Positions 28,698-39,066 of a stretch of DNA of 64,000 bases are shown piece by piece; positions within the stretch are counted from its first letter, which is position 1; each line of letters starts with the position of its first letter. Both the position numbers and the translations under genes were made by a program. Location of the stretch: positions 18,956 through 82,955 of the forward strand of contig JBCLFD010000001.1 in the NCBI GenBank assembly GCA_038912545.1. The letters run 5' to 3'. Origin of the DNA: Minisyncoccia bacterium (GTDB lineage: Bacteria > Patescibacteriota > Minisyncoccia > Phycocordibacterales > Phycocordibacteraceae). The notes beneath the pieces were generated by a model, which saw nothing but the letters and a program-made list of their open reading frames with translations, was not told the origin of the DNA and did no database searches.

Positions 28698-31074
28698 ATT
28701 GGGTAAAAAGCGATTAGTGCTCTTGGACACGCACGCGATTATTCATCGCGCGTATCACGCGATACCCGATTTCACCAGCCCTTCGGGGGAGCCGACGGGC
28801 GCTCTTTATGGTCTCGTCTCTATGCTTCTTAAAATCATTGCCGATTTGAAACCCGATTATATCGCTGCTTGTTACGATTTGCCGGGACCAACGATGCGTC
28901 ACGAAGCGTATGCCGAATATAAAGGCACACGAGCAAAGACCGATGATGCATTGGTATCGCAAATTAAACGCTCGCCCAAAGTCTTTGAGGCATTCGGCAT
29001 CCCCACCTATGAACGCGAAGGATTTGAAGCCGACGACCTTCTCGGTACTATCGCGCACGAGATGGCGGTGGAAAAAAATATTGATGTGATTATTGCATCG
29101 GGTGATATGGACATGCTTCAGTGTGTTGACGATGCGCGCGTGCGCGTCTACACGCTGAAGAAAGGCATAAACGATACGATTTTGTACGACGAAAAGGCGG
29201 TAAAAGAGCGATTCGGCTTCGGACCCGAACTTATTCCCGACTACAAGGGCTTGCGCGGGGACCCCTCGGACAATATTAAGGGCGTGCCCGGCATTGGTGA
29301 AAAAACAGCGACCGAACTTATCACGAACTTCGGCTCTATTGAAAAGATGTACGACGCTCTTAAAAAGGATGAAAAGAAATTTGCAGAAAAAGGCATTAAA
29401 CCAAGAATCGTCGCTCTGCTAAAAGAGCACGAAGAAGATGCGCGATTCTCTAAAGCGCTCGCCACTATCCGCACCGATGCACCCATCGCATTTACTCTGC
29501 CAGAAAAAACGTGGAGTGAGAATGTGGATGCAGGGAAAGTATTCGCGCTCTTTGACGAATTCGGCTTCAGATCACTGCGGGAGCGGGCTCGGAGCGTCCT
29601 CATAAAGTCCTCGGGAAAAGAAGAATCTCTAGAAGTCCAGCAGGAACTTATTCCTGAAGAAGTCATTGACCCTACACGTTTAAGTGAGGCACAAGTAAAA
29701 CTGTGGTTGCTGGCTTCTGATTTCACAAATCCGACTCTAGATGACATCCTCGCATATACAAAGAAAACATCATTTGCCGAGGCAGACGCCGAGCTGACCA
29801 AGCTTATCCGCGCCGCGGAGCGAGTGAATAACGTGTATGAGCAGATAGAAAAACCGCTTATTCCCATCGTGCGCCTTATGGGAACGCATGGCGTACTCAT
29901 TGACTCAAAGCTGTTAGCCGGTCTCGCGAAGACCTATACTGCTGAGCTAAAGCAAATAGAAAAAAGTATTTATGCGCATGCGGGACGCGAGTTCAATGTC
30001 AGCTCGCCCAAACAGCTGGGCGAAGTGCTTTTTGACGAATTGCAGATTATTCCAGAACGACAGAAGAAGACCGCAGGCGGGGCTCGCTCTACGCGCGAGA
30101 GTGAGCTGGAAAAGATTCGCGACGCACATCCGATTGTGGCTGACATCTTAGAGTATCGCGAGTTGAAGAAACTTCTCGGCACCTATATTGAAAATCTCCC
30201 CCTAATGCTTGATAAAGAAAATCGCCTTCATGCAGAATTTCTCCAATCAGGCACGACCACCGGTCGCATGGCCTCACAGAATCCGAATCTGCAGAATATC
30301 CCCATTCAGTCAGAGCGCGGACGCGCTATTCGTCACGCCTTCATCGCCCCCCGTGGGTTTGAACTCGTTGCGTTGGATTATTCGCAGATAGAACTACGCA
30401 TCGCCGCAATACTCTCTGGCGACGAGAAACTCTGCGCCATTTTTAAGAATGGTAGGGACGTACATACCGAAGTGGCGGCGCAGGTATTTCATGTTGCGCC
30501 AGAGACAGTGGACTATGAAATGCGTCGGCGAGCAAAGGTTATTAACTTCGGCATCCTCTATGGTATGGGCATCAATGCCTTGCGCCAGCAACTCGGTACG
30601 ACAACTGCCGAGACACACGCCTTTTATGAAGAATACTTCGGACAGTTCAAGACGCTTTCTGAATATCTAGAAAAGACAAAAGGATTCGCACGCAAAAACG
30701 GCTACACCGAAACCCTTTTTGGCAGACGCAGACAGTTTCCAGAAATGAAGTCGGCACTCCCGTATGTTAGAGCACAGGCGGAGCGCATGGCGATTAATGC
30801 GCCGATACAGGGCACGCAGGCAGACATCATTAAGCTCGCTATGGTGCGCGTGGATGAAATGCTAACGAAAGAAGGCGCAAAAGATGACACACATTTGATT
30901 CTTCAAGTACACGATGAACTTGTGTATGAGATACGCGAATCGCGCGTGAAAGAACTCACCAGTAAGATTCAGCACATTATGGAAAATGTATTGCCGGAGA
31001 AAGAGAGAAGAGGTGTGCCGATTGTCGCAGTGCCAAAAGTAGGAAGTAACTGGGGAGAATTGAAACAGATATGA
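28687..31074 (+). CDS. polA: DNA polymerase I (5'-3' exonuclease + polymerase domains)
   Basis: 5' nuclease LLLDTHAIIHRAYHA. Polymerase motifs A (DYSQIELR), B (RRRAKVINFGILYG) and C (QVHDEL). Confidence 0.9.
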   Translation: MRGKLGKKRLVLLDTHAIIHRAYHAIPDFTSPSGEPTGALYGLVSMLLKIIADLKPDYIAACYDLPGPTMRHEAYAEYKGTRAKTDDALVSQIKRSPKVFEAFGIPTYEREGFEADDLLGTIAHEMAVEKNIDVIIASGDMDMLQCVDDARVRVYTLKKGINDTILYDEKAVKERFGFGPELIPDYKGLRGDPSDNIKGVPGIGEKTATELITNFGSIEKMYDALKKDEKKFAEKGIKPRIVALLKEHEEDARFSKALATIRTDAPIAFTLPEKTWSENVDAGKVFALFDEFGFRSLRERARSVLIKSSGKEESLEVQQELIPEEVIDPTRLSEAQVKLWLLASDFTNPTLDDILAYTKKTSFAEADAELTKLIRAAERVNNVYEQIEKPLIPIVRLMGTHGVLIDSKLLAGLAKTYTAELKQIEKSIYAHAGREFNVSSPKQLGEVLFDELQIIPERQKKTAGGARSTRESELEKIRDAHPIVADILEYRELKKLLGTYIENLPLMLDKENRLHAEFLQSGTTTGRMASQNPNLQNIPIQSERGRAIRHAFIAPRGFELVALDYSQIELRIAAILSGDEKLCAIFKNGRDVHTEVAAQVFHVAPETVDYEMRRRAKVINFGILYGMGINALRQQLGTTTAETHAFYEEYFGQFKTLSEYLEKTKGFARKNGYTETLFGRRRQFPEMKSALPYVRAQAERMAINAPIQGTQADIIKLAMVRVDEMLTKEGAKDDTHLILQVHDELVYEIRESRVKELTSKIQHIMENVLPEKERRGVPIVAVPKVGSNWGELKQI

Positions 31075-31787
31075 TTTACCTTTTTTACGGCAGTGACAGC
31101 GAGAAAGCGCGGCGTAAGGCGTTTGAGTGGGTGGCGAAAGCGAGAGAGAAAGAGCCGAATCTGACGTATGTGCGTCTCGCACGCGAAGATTTAAGCGCGG
31201 GTGCGCTTCTGGAAGCCGTGACCTCTAACAGTTTATTCGCGAAGCGCACGCTCACGCTCATTGACGACCCATATGTTGGACGTACGACGTCCCACAATGA
31301 AGAAATAGAAGGAGAGGGGAGCGAATCGCCATCGAGCTCGGTGCTGGACGATTATATAGATATGCTCGCAGAGTCAGAAAATGCAATCGTGATTCTCGCA
31401 CCTTCCGCCAGAGGCGGATCCGCCTCTGGCGGAAAACTAAAGAGGCTAGCGGACTTGGCTGAAAAAGTATATAAATTTGACGCGCCCGTCACGCAAGAAT
31501 TTAAGCGAGGTTTTAATTCAGGACTGGTGGATGCGCTCGGCGCGAAGAACCGTGAGAAACTCTGGCTCGAAGTCGTCCGCGCGCTCCGCGCCGGCGACGC
31601 GCCCGAGAAGCTCCATGGTCTCTTGCACTGGAAAGCGCGTGATTTAATGGATAAAGGTAGTCGCGCCTGGAAGCCGGAAGAATCGCGAGCTCTTTCTCTC
31701 AATCTCATCGGCCTCCTCCAATCCTCCCGCCGCAAGGGACTGGACCTCTCCGAATCTCTGGAGCGATTTGCGCTACATGTAACTTAG
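31071..31787 (+). CDS. DNA polymerase III delta-subunit-like protein
   Basis: MIYLFYGSD...LFAKRTLTLIDDP resembles the HolA N-terminus. Weak match. Confidence 0.4.
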   Translation: MIYLFYGSDSEKARRKAFEWVAKAREKEPNLTYVRLAREDLSAGALLEAVTSNSLFAKRTLTLIDDPYVGRTTSHNEEIEGEGSESPSSSVLDDYIDMLAESENAIVILAPSARGGSASGGKLKRLADLAEKVYKFDAPVTQEFKRGFNSGLVDALGAKNREKLWLEVVRALRAGDAPEKLHGLLHWKARDLMDKGSRAWKPEESRALSLNLIGLLQSSRRKGLDLSESLERFALHVT

Positions 31788-31814
31788 CAATTCTTAGGTA
31801 GGTTTAAGAAGTAA

Positions 31815-32237
31815 ATGAAAATCGGCTTGGTTTGTAGCGCGTTTGATATGCTTCATGCAGGTCATATGCTCATGTTGAAAGACGCAAAGGATCATTGTGA
31901 TGTTCTTATTGTAGGTCTGCAAGATGATCCATCGGTCACCCATGCTTCTTATCGGGGGAAAGTAAAAGAACAACCCATTTTATCTCTGGAGGAGAGAAGA
32001 ATTATCCTCGAAGGCACTCGGTACATCGATAAAATCTTCGAATACGATACCGAAGAGAATCTTTTTGAAATAATAAGGAATCTAGAGCCGCACATCAGGA
32101 TCTTAGGGAGCGATTGGCGAGGGAAGCATGCTACCGGGCAAGAGTTTGCACAAACTATGTATTACCATGAACGAACCCATGGTTATTCGACGACAGAAAT
32201 AAAAAGACGAATTCACGAACGCTACTCTAGCAAGTAA
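31815..32237 (+). CDS. adenylyl/cytidylyltransferase-family protein (HxGH nucleotidyltransferase)
   Basis: GLVCSAFDMLHAGHMLML is the (H/T)xGH motif of the cytidylyltransferase-like fold. Confidence 0.6.
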   Translation: MKIGLVCSAFDMLHAGHMLMLKDAKDHCDVLIVGLQDDPSVTHASYRGKVKEQPILSLEERRIILEGTRYIDKIFEYDTEENLFEIIRNLEPHIRILGSDWRGKHATGQEFAQTMYYHERTHGYSTTEIKRRIHERYSSK

Positions 32238-32270
32238 CTTACACACTGGGACGGTGGTACTCATTCACAT

Positions 32271-34094
32271 ATGTGTGGAATCGTCGGCTACATCGGTAAA
32301 AAAGATGCAACTCCATTTCTTATTGAAGGATTACGAGCGCTTGAGTACCGCGGGTATGATTCGGCAGGACTCTATGTTGTCGGTTCCGGTGTCATAAAAC
32401 GCGCTGGAAAAGTTGAAGTGCTTGCGTCAGTTATTCCGAAAGATTTTATTGGGCACGTCGGGATCGCACATACCCGATGGGCAACACACGGACCTCCCAC
32501 AGAAGCGAATGCTCATCCGCACAGCGACAGCACCGAAACTATTTGGTTGGTGCACAACGGCATTATAGAAAACTATGCCGAGATACGAGAGGCACTCATT
32601 CAAAAAGACATCACCTTTTCGTCGGACACAGATACTGAAGTTCTCGCAAAATTAATTGGAGAAAAATATAAAACTAATGTTCTTCTCGAACACGCCGTTG
32701 AAAAAGCGCTTGAAGAAGTGCGCGGTACCTATGGCATCGCGGTCGTCTCGACACGAGAACCCGAGAAAATAGTCGCGACCCGTATGGGGAGCCCACTGCT
32801 TATAGGAGTGGGCCCCGATGGTTATTATCTCGCCTCGGACGCGACTCCTATTCTCCCGCATACGCGTGACGTTATCTATTTAGATGATGGCGAAATAGCG
32901 ATCCTCACACCGACCACGTATAGCATTCGCATACGAGCTGGAGATCAGGTGCAGAAAACCATAGAGACCCTCGAGTGGGATTCTGAAGCGACCAAGAAAC
33001 AAGGATACGAGCATTTCATGCTGAAAGAAATCATGGAGGTGCCCGAGGTTATCCGAAACACGCTTCGCGGACGTCTGGACTCAAAAGAGGGAACCGCCGT
33101 ACTCGGTGGCCTTCGTGATGTAGCAAACCGCCTTGTTGATGTACGACGCATCATCATTACCGGATGCGGAAGTGCGTATTATGCCGGACTTGTGGGGCAG
33201 GAGCTTATTGAAGAATTCTCTAGTATCCCGGTTGAAGTAGAGGTGGCGTCAGAATTACGGTATCGGCGTTTTACCGCGGATCAGGAGCACACGATTCTTA
33301 TCGCGGTCTCACAGTCGGGTGAGACCGCAGACACGCTTGAAGCCATTCGTATCGCAAAAAAACACGGAATGCTCACTCTCGGAATCGTAAATGTCGTTGG
33401 ATCTTCGATCGCACGCGAGACCGACGCCGGAGTGTATAACCACGCTGGTCCAGAAATAGGCGTCGCCTCAACCAAAGCGTTTGTCTCGCAAGTTGTCGTC
33501 CTCTCCTTAATTGCACTTATTCTCGGCCGTACTCATGGAATGAAAAAAGAAGAAAGACTAAAAATAATACAGGCGCTCTCTAAACTTCCGGAGAAAGCAG
33601 AGTTGGTCCTCGGCTCGAGAGATTCCATCGCGGCTCTCGCAAAAAAATATTCGCATGTGCAGAACGCATTGTATATCGGACGGAAATATCAGTGCCCGGT
33701 TGCCTATGAAGGAGCTCTGAAGCTTAAAGAGATTTCCTATATCCACGCGGAGGGCTACGGAGCGGGCGAAATGAAGCACGGCCCCATTGCGCTTATTGAT
33801 CCATCGTTCCCCACCATCGCTCTGGCTCCCAGAGATTCGCTTTACGAAAAAATGTGCTCCAACATAGAAGAAATCAGAGCGCGTGGCGGGGAGGTGCTCG
33901 CGGTGACCACCGAAGGTAATGAAGACATCAAACGGCTTACCCAGGATGTTATGTATATACCCGAGACGCACGAAGCCCTCTTACCGGTACTCACCACGAT
34001 ACCGCTCCAGCTTTTTGCTTACTATGTGGCGAAAGAACGCGGGCTTCCTATCGACAAGCCACGCAATCTCGCAAAATCTGTCACAGTGGAATAA
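32271..34094 (+). CDS. glmS: glutamine--fructose-6-phosphate aminotransferase
   Basis: N-terminal MCGIVGYIG Ntn Cys, two SIS domains, C-terminal SVTVE. Confidence 0.95.
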   Translation: MCGIVGYIGKKDATPFLIEGLRALEYRGYDSAGLYVVGSGVIKRAGKVEVLASVIPKDFIGHVGIAHTRWATHGPPTEANAHPHSDSTETIWLVHNGIIENYAEIREALIQKDITFSSDTDTEVLAKLIGEKYKTNVLLEHAVEKALEEVRGTYGIAVVSTREPEKIVATRMGSPLLIGVGPDGYYLASDATPILPHTRDVIYLDDGEIAILTPTTYSIRIRAGDQVQKTIETLEWDSEATKKQGYEHFMLKEIMEVPEVIRNTLRGRLDSKEGTAVLGGLRDVANRLVDVRRIIITGCGSAYYAGLVGQELIEEFSSIPVEVEVASELRYRRFTADQEHTILIAVSQSGETADTLEAIRIAKKHGMLTLGIVNVVGSSIARETDAGVYNHAGPEIGVASTKAFVSQVVVLSLIALILGRTHGMKKEERLKIIQALSKLPEKAELVLGSRDSIAALAKKYSHVQNALYIGRKYQCPVAYEGALKLKEISYIHAEGYGAGEMKHGPIALIDPSFPTIALAPRDSLYEKMCSNIEEIRARGGEVLAVTTEGNEDIKRLTQDVMYIPETHEALLPVLTTIPLQLFAYYVAKERGLPIDKPRNLAKSVTVE

Positions 34095-34106
34095 TCTCTC
34101 CTTGAT

Positions 34107-35954
34107 CTACCGCCCTCTATTCTGATAATTGTTTTGAATTTTTTCTTTAACTTGATAACCATAATTATTTTCATTTTGTCTGCGTGATTCAGAATTACTT
34201 TCGGTATGATCAGAAGGCTTCCTGGTATACGGAAGAGTTATAGGTAATGTGATAGGTAGTATAATTGGTTTTATAATGGTTGGAATTGGGGAAAATGTTG
34301 GCAAAGGAAGTATTGTTGGTGCTGGCATTATGATGGGCGTAGGATCTGGAGATAAAACTGGCACAGTAGTTGTGGGTGTGGTTGTTATAGGAGTTGTTGT
34401 AACTGGTGCAATTGTGGTTGGTGGTGTTGTAGTAGCAACAGGCGTGGTAATTGGGGTTGGGTATAGTTGATTCGCCATAGTGATTGCTTTGTCAGCTTTA
34501 ACCAAACCATAACCGTGCCATTTATCATACCCAACTGTTCCAATATCTATGGCGGAACTATCAAGAATATTTCTAATTTCATCATTTATTCTTCCGTTAC
34601 CATTTGAGTCAGTGATGTTCATTCCCATAAGTAACGCTGCTACACCGGTAACATGAGGAGCTGCCATAGATGTTCCATTGTATAAAATATTACCTCCACC
34701 AAGTTTTGTTGAGTTAATATTTACTCCAGGTGCTGATAGTTCTATTTTATTACCCGTTGCGGAAAAACAGGGACGAGCATTTGATGAATCAATTGCAGCC
34801 ACAGCAATTACTGAAGAATACATCGCTGGATACTCTGTAGTATTTGTATCGCCAAGACAAGTTCCAGAATTACCAGCCGAGGCCACATTGATAATTCCCT
34901 TGGCTTCTAATGCGGTAAAAGCTGACTCAAGTCCATTGCCAGGATTGGTTGGTGTACCATAACTACTATTTGTAATTTGTATACCGTTATTGACTGACCA
35001 TTGTAACGCTGCAATAATATCACTCGTATATCCCTTTCCTTGAGCATCTAAAACTTTCAAAGCATAAATTTTTACATCAGGTGCTACACCAATAACACCA
35101 ACATTGTTTTTTATAGCCGCAATAGTTCCAGCAATGTGTGTACCATGCCCATTATCATCAAGTGGATCCGCTGTACCATTTACGAAATTAAACCCACCAG
35201 CATAATTTAAATTTAAATCCGTATGGTTGTAGTCAATACCAGTATCTAGGACTGCCACTTTAATTGTCTTTCCTGTTTGACCAGAAGCATGCGCAGAATC
35301 AGATCCAATGTGCAAAACACCCCAAGTATTTGTGTATTCTTGAACAGCACGAATGTAAACTAACTCGTCTATTTCAACAGAAGCAACATTAGGATCTTTA
35401 GAAAGATTTATTACTTCTGAATCAGAAACTTCTGCAGCAATAGCTGGAATAATGTTAAACGTGTGTTTTCTTTTTCCACCTCTAGAAAAAATAAAATCCT
35501 CGTCTGCTTTAATTGGGTTTCTTTTATAGTTAATGATGACTCTTTTTGTAGTTGTAGGTGTAGAGGACACTGCAACATTTGTGGTTTGAGAATTAATTGG
35601 GCGATTTTCTAAAAATGAAGGAGACTCTAATTTGGCAATGGGGTTAGCATTAGTAGATTTAGTTAACGTATTTAATATACTTAAAGTTTTTGGACCGACT
35701 ACACCAACGGTTTCAACGCCATATTTTTTTTGAAAAGCTGTAACAGCTTTTTTTGTTAGTAGGCCATAATAACCAGTAACCAGACCTTCTGGATATATAG
35801 AAATATCTGTAGACAAAAGTTTTTGTAAATTTGAAACATCTTCACCTCTAGATCCAAGAGTAAGATTTCTTGTAAAGGTTGCAGAATCTGCCAAAACTGA
35901 TGAGGTAAATAAAAATGGAACTACTAATAAAAATGGTAATAATTTTTTTTTCAT
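34107..35954 (-). CDS. subtilisin-family (S8) serine protease with N-terminal peptidoglycan-binding domain and Thr/Pro-rich C-terminal linker; the gene is AT-rich
   Basis: Signal peptide. PG_binding_1 (LQKLLSTDISIYPEGLVTGYYGLLTKKAVTAFQ). Asp/His/Ser triad (DTGIDYNH, HGTHIAG, GTSMAAPHV). TTPPTTIAPVTTTP repeats. Confidence 0.8.
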   Translation of the reverse strand: MKKKLLPFLLVVPFLFTSSVLADSATFTRNLTLGSRGEDVSNLQKLLSTDISIYPEGLVTGYYGLLTKKAVTAFQKKYGVETVGVVGPKTLSILNTLTKSTNANPIAKLESPSFLENRPINSQTTNVAVSSTPTTTKRVIINYKRNPIKADEDFIFSRGGKRKHTFNIIPAIAAEVSDSEVINLSKDPNVASVEIDELVYIRAVQEYTNTWGVLHIGSDSAHASGQTGKTIKVAVLDTGIDYNHTDLNLNYAGGFNFVNGTADPLDDNGHGTHIAGTIAAIKNNVGVIGVAPDVKIYALKVLDAQGKGYTSDIIAALQWSVNNGIQITNSSYGTPTNPGNGLESAFTALEAKGIINVASAGNSGTCLGDTNTTEYPAMYSSVIAVAAIDSSNARPCFSATGNKIELSAPGVNINSTKLGGGNILYNGTSMAAPHVTGVAALLMGMNITDSNGNGRINDEIRNILDSSAIDIGTVGYDKWHGYGLVKADKAITMANQLYPTPITTPVATTTPPTTIAPVTTTPITTTPTTTVPVLSPDPTPIIMPAPTILPLPTFSPIPTIIKPIILPITLPITLPYTRKPSDHTESNSESRRQNENNYGYQVKEKIQNNYQNRGR

Positions 35955-36076
35955 ATATTAATTATATCATACATTACTCCACTCCACGCGTCAGACCCGA
36001 ATGTCTTGCCTTGCCTCGAAAAAACGAATGAAGACATTCATTTGTTACTCGGCTCGTTAGGTAGTAGGGTGGCGGG

Positions 36077-37528
36077 ATGGGCAAAGAAGAAAGCGTTATA
36101 CGATTTGAAGGGGTTTCCTTCGGATACGGAGTGAATAAGCCGATATTGGATGCGGTGGATTTTCCTATTCGCAGAGGAATGAAGATAGCGGCGATGGGCC
36201 AGAATGGCGCGGGGAAGTCCACTCTCTTCGGTCTCATGACCGGCGAACTCTCGCCCGACGCTGGAGAGATACATCGCGCGACAGGACTCACAGTCGCAAC
36301 TGCTGTACAGACGATACCGCGTGGCGACTTGGAACTCACGGTTCGTGAATTCTTTGAGGAATGTTTTAAGGAGAAAGTGTATGACATTGATCCGAAGATA
36401 GATGCGGTGCTGGAGGCGGTGAACTTGAAGGCGCCCAACGACCGCACCGTGAAGAGTTTCTCGGGCGGCCAGCAAGCACGACTTCTCCTGGCCTCGGCGC
36501 TCATCCAGAATCCTGACCTGCTTCTCTTGGACGAGCCCACAAATAATTTGGATACCGCAGGCATTGAACACCTCACGAATTTTTTGATTGAATATCCGAA
36601 GTCAGTCATCGTTATCTCGCACGACGCAGACTTCTTAAATGCATTCACTTCGGGCGTGCTGTATCTGGATGTCTTTACACGGAAGATAGAGCAGTATTCA
36701 GGGAACTATACCGACGTGCAGGCGGATATTCTTGCGCGTATTGATCGTGAGAATAGAAAGAATGCGCAGTTAGAGAAAAAGATCCAAGAAAATAAAGATA
36801 AAGCGAACTTCTTCGCGCAGAAGGGCGGGAAGATGCGTCTCGTTGCGAAGAAAATGCGTACGGAGGTTGAAGAAATGGAAGAAGCGAAGGTGGATGTTCG
36901 GAAGGAGGACAGGACGATTCGACCATTTATTATTCCGGCACAGCCAGCATTGAGCGGTACGGTGCTTTCGCTTACGTCATATACCGTGCACAAGAATCAT
37001 AAGCCGGTCACGAAGAAGGCGAACATCTCACTACGAAAGAATCAACACCTGCTTTTGAAAGGTCCGAACGGCATCGGCAAGAGCACACTCTTGGAGCGCA
37101 TCGTGCTCGGAACACCGGAAGGGTCAAAGATTACGGCAGGAGTGAAGGTTGGTTATTATCGACAAGACTTCTCCACTCTGGACTTTGACGCCACCGTTTA
37201 CGACGCACTACGCAAGGCGATGGGGAAACCCGACGACGAGCGCATGCGCGCGACCGCTGCTGGATTTCTAATCACCGCAGATGTCATTCATACAAAAATC
37301 GGGAGTTTGTCAGAAGGGCAGAAGGGCTTGGTGGCCTTCTGCTCGCTCGTGCTAGAAAGGCCGGGACTTTTAATATTAGACGAGCCGACGAATCACATCA
37401 ACTTCCGTCACCTGCCCATCATCGCGAAGGCGCTCTCTGCGTATGAAGGCGCGATGATACTCGTTTCACACGTGCCTGAATTTGTGTCCAAAATCCGCAT
37501 CGACGACACGCTGGATCTCGGCGCTTAA
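36077..37528 (+). CDS. ABC-F family ATPase (tandem ABC domains, no TMD)
   Basis: Two Walker A sites (GQNGAGKST; GPNGIGKST), two signature motifs (FSGGQQ; LSEGQKG), inter-domain linker. Confidence 0.8.
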   Translation: MGKEESVIRFEGVSFGYGVNKPILDAVDFPIRRGMKIAAMGQNGAGKSTLFGLMTGELSPDAGEIHRATGLTVATAVQTIPRGDLELTVREFFEECFKEKVYDIDPKIDAVLEAVNLKAPNDRTVKSFSGGQQARLLLASALIQNPDLLLLDEPTNNLDTAGIEHLTNFLIEYPKSVIVISHDADFLNAFTSGVLYLDVFTRKIEQYSGNYTDVQADILARIDRENRKNAQLEKKIQENKDKANFFAQKGGKMRLVAKKMRTEVEEMEEAKVDVRKEDRTIRPFIIPAQPALSGTVLSLTSYTVHKNHKPVTKKANISLRKNQHLLLKGPNGIGKSTLLERIVLGTPEGSKITAGVKVGYYRQDFSTLDFDATVYDALRKAMGKPDDERMRATAAGFLITADVIHTKIGSLSEGQKGLVAFCSLVLERPGLLILDEPTNHINFRHLPIIAKALSAYEGAMILVSHVPEFVSKIRIDDTLDLGA

Positions 37529-37908
37529 ACATTCTTTCTTTTTTGTTCGCGGTCGCGGACTTCGTGCTCGTCCATGCCGAAGTGGTGCGCGAATTCGTGC
37601 CAAATCGTATCGGCGACTACGTCGCGCACGTCCTCGTCGTCCTCGCGCGCCGCCTCCTCAATCGGTTTCTGATAGAGCGTGATGGTGTCTGGTAGCGAGA
37701 GGTCGTCGCCATAATTGCGTGCAGTGAGTGGGACACCCTGATAGAGCCCGAGAAGGGTCTCGCCCTGCCCGAGCTGTTCCAGCTCGCGCACCTCTGCCGA
37801 CGGCTCGTCCTCGATGAGGATGGCGACATTCTTAATCTTCTCGCGGACCCAGTTGGGCAATCGCTTAACGCCCTCGCGAACTAGCTGTTCAAATTCTATA
37901 CGGTTCAT
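37525..37908 (-). CDS. metallopeptidase-family protein (Zincin_1-like, HEFAHH motif)
   Basis: NVAILIEDEP...LGLYQGVPL...TIWHEFAHHFG. The listed N-terminus is the translated tRNA-Lys and was trimmed. Confidence 0.6.
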   Translation of the reverse strand: MNRIEFEQLVREGVKRLPNWVREKIKNVAILIEDEPSAEVRELEQLGQGETLLGLYQGVPLTARNYGDDLSLPDTITLYQKPIEEAAREDDEDVRDVVADTIWHEFAHHFGMDEHEVRDREQKRKNV

Positions 37909-37919
37909 GTATCTTGTTG

Positions 37920-37992
37920 TGCGCCCGGTTGGGATCGGACCAACGACCTCATCCTTAAAAGGGATTTGCTCTACCAACTGAGCTACGGGCGC
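37920..37992 (-). tRNA. tRNA-Lys (anticodon TTT)
   Basis: Cloverleaf folded by hand. 7-bp acceptor, GTAGCTCAGTTGGTAGAGC D-arm, anticodon loop CTTTTAA, T-arm GTTGG/CCAAC. Confidence 0.85.
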
Positions 37993-38102
37993 GAAGTGAG
38001 GTCAGGAACATGATGTATTTAATCATATTCCTGCGCCGAACGAGCGGCCGTATGTAATCATACGGGCGCGTAGGTATAACTTACTCTATTTCTGTAGTTT
38101 AT

Positions 38103-39047
38103 CTAGTACGAGAATGCATCAACTGTGTTACCGAGCGTGTCCACAAGTTTTACGATTTCGTGCTTGGTGCGCCACATGCTCGTGGAGCGACCGAGATAAA
38201 TGCGCCACGTGTCGCCCATAAAGTCGACATCATTTTTGTGCGTTTCTACGCACCCGTTATAATTCAGATATTTAACGAGGAATGCTTGGCAGGAACCGCT
38301 TAACCCCACGGGCGGAGAGAGTGTGACCTGACAGCGCGAAAGCCTATTCACATACTCAATGCATGCCACATCGCGTATGTAATTGTTGCCGTAGAGCGCA
38401 GGAAGTTCGTCGGCTGGCACGGGACAGTTTTGTGGGAGAGACGGCGAGAATTTCTGGAACGTGCTGAAGTAGCCGATACATTTATTCTCGCGGAAGGAGG
38501 CACCGATGGGCGACTGACCGCTCACGATAATCGCGCGCTTGCCGGGCGCGAGCACAATGTCTTGTATCGCATTCACGACGCCCGAGGTCGGCACCTCGGT
38601 ACCTTTCGGTATGATTGAAGATGCACCGGTCGCTTCGCTCATAATCCTCCATCCTGAGATATTAATCGGAACTCTGGAGTTGTAGGAGGCCTGAAGTTCA
38701 ATCATTTCGTTTGCCGGATTGCTTGAGCCCGCGCTACTCACCGAACGGCTCATCGTGACGAGTCCGCGATATTCCGAAGGAGGACCGAAAACGCCTCCTA
38801 TAATCGTTGGGAGCGCTTGGTTTGGAACAGTCCCGCCACCGCTTGAGGAGTCGGACAGAGAAACATTAGAGCCACCAATAGTGAATGGCGCGCGCGGGAG
38901 CGAGAGATAAGTTCCACCACCGAGCACGCCAGGTTGAGCGAGCCGAGGACCGGTGAATGCGAGCGGATGAGTCGGACCGCCGGTTGCTATCCAAATGAGA
39001 AAGATGAAGGCGAATACTCCGACGAAGAACCACGCATCATGTTCCAT
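38103..39047 (-). CDS. membrane-anchored secreted protein (possible lamin-tail-like beta domain)
   Basis: N-terminal TM. Gly/Ser-rich. ISGWRIMSEATGASSIIPKG resembles LTD domains. Weak match. Confidence 0.4.
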   Translation of the reverse strand: MEHDAWFFVGVFAFIFLIWIATGGPTHPLAFTGPRLAQPGVLGGGTYLSLPRAPFTIGGSNVSLSDSSSGGGTVPNQALPTIIGGVFGPPSEYRGLVTMSRSVSSAGSSNPANEMIELQASYNSRVPINISGWRIMSEATGASSIIPKGTEVPTSGVVNAIQDIVLAPGKRAIIVSGQSPIGASFRENKCIGYFSTFQKFSPSLPQNCPVPADELPALYGNNYIRDVACIEYVNRLSRCQVTLSPPVGLSGSCQAFLVKYLNYNGCVETHKNDVDFMGDTWRIYLGRSTSMWRTKHEIVKLVDTLGNTVDAFSY

Positions 39048-39066
39048 ACTTTAAATAGTAGCAGTA

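Noticed and set aside
37909-37977. N-terminal 23 aa of listed ORF 37525-37977 (MVEQIPFKDEVVGPIPTGRTTRY)
   Set aside because: It is the translation of tRNA-Lys(TTT) on the same strand. The CDS was trimmed to MNRIEF (37908). The same applies to ORF 44574 (tRNA-Ser antisense), ORF 40940-41641 (tRNA-Arg GCG) and ORF 51565 (tRNA-Val).
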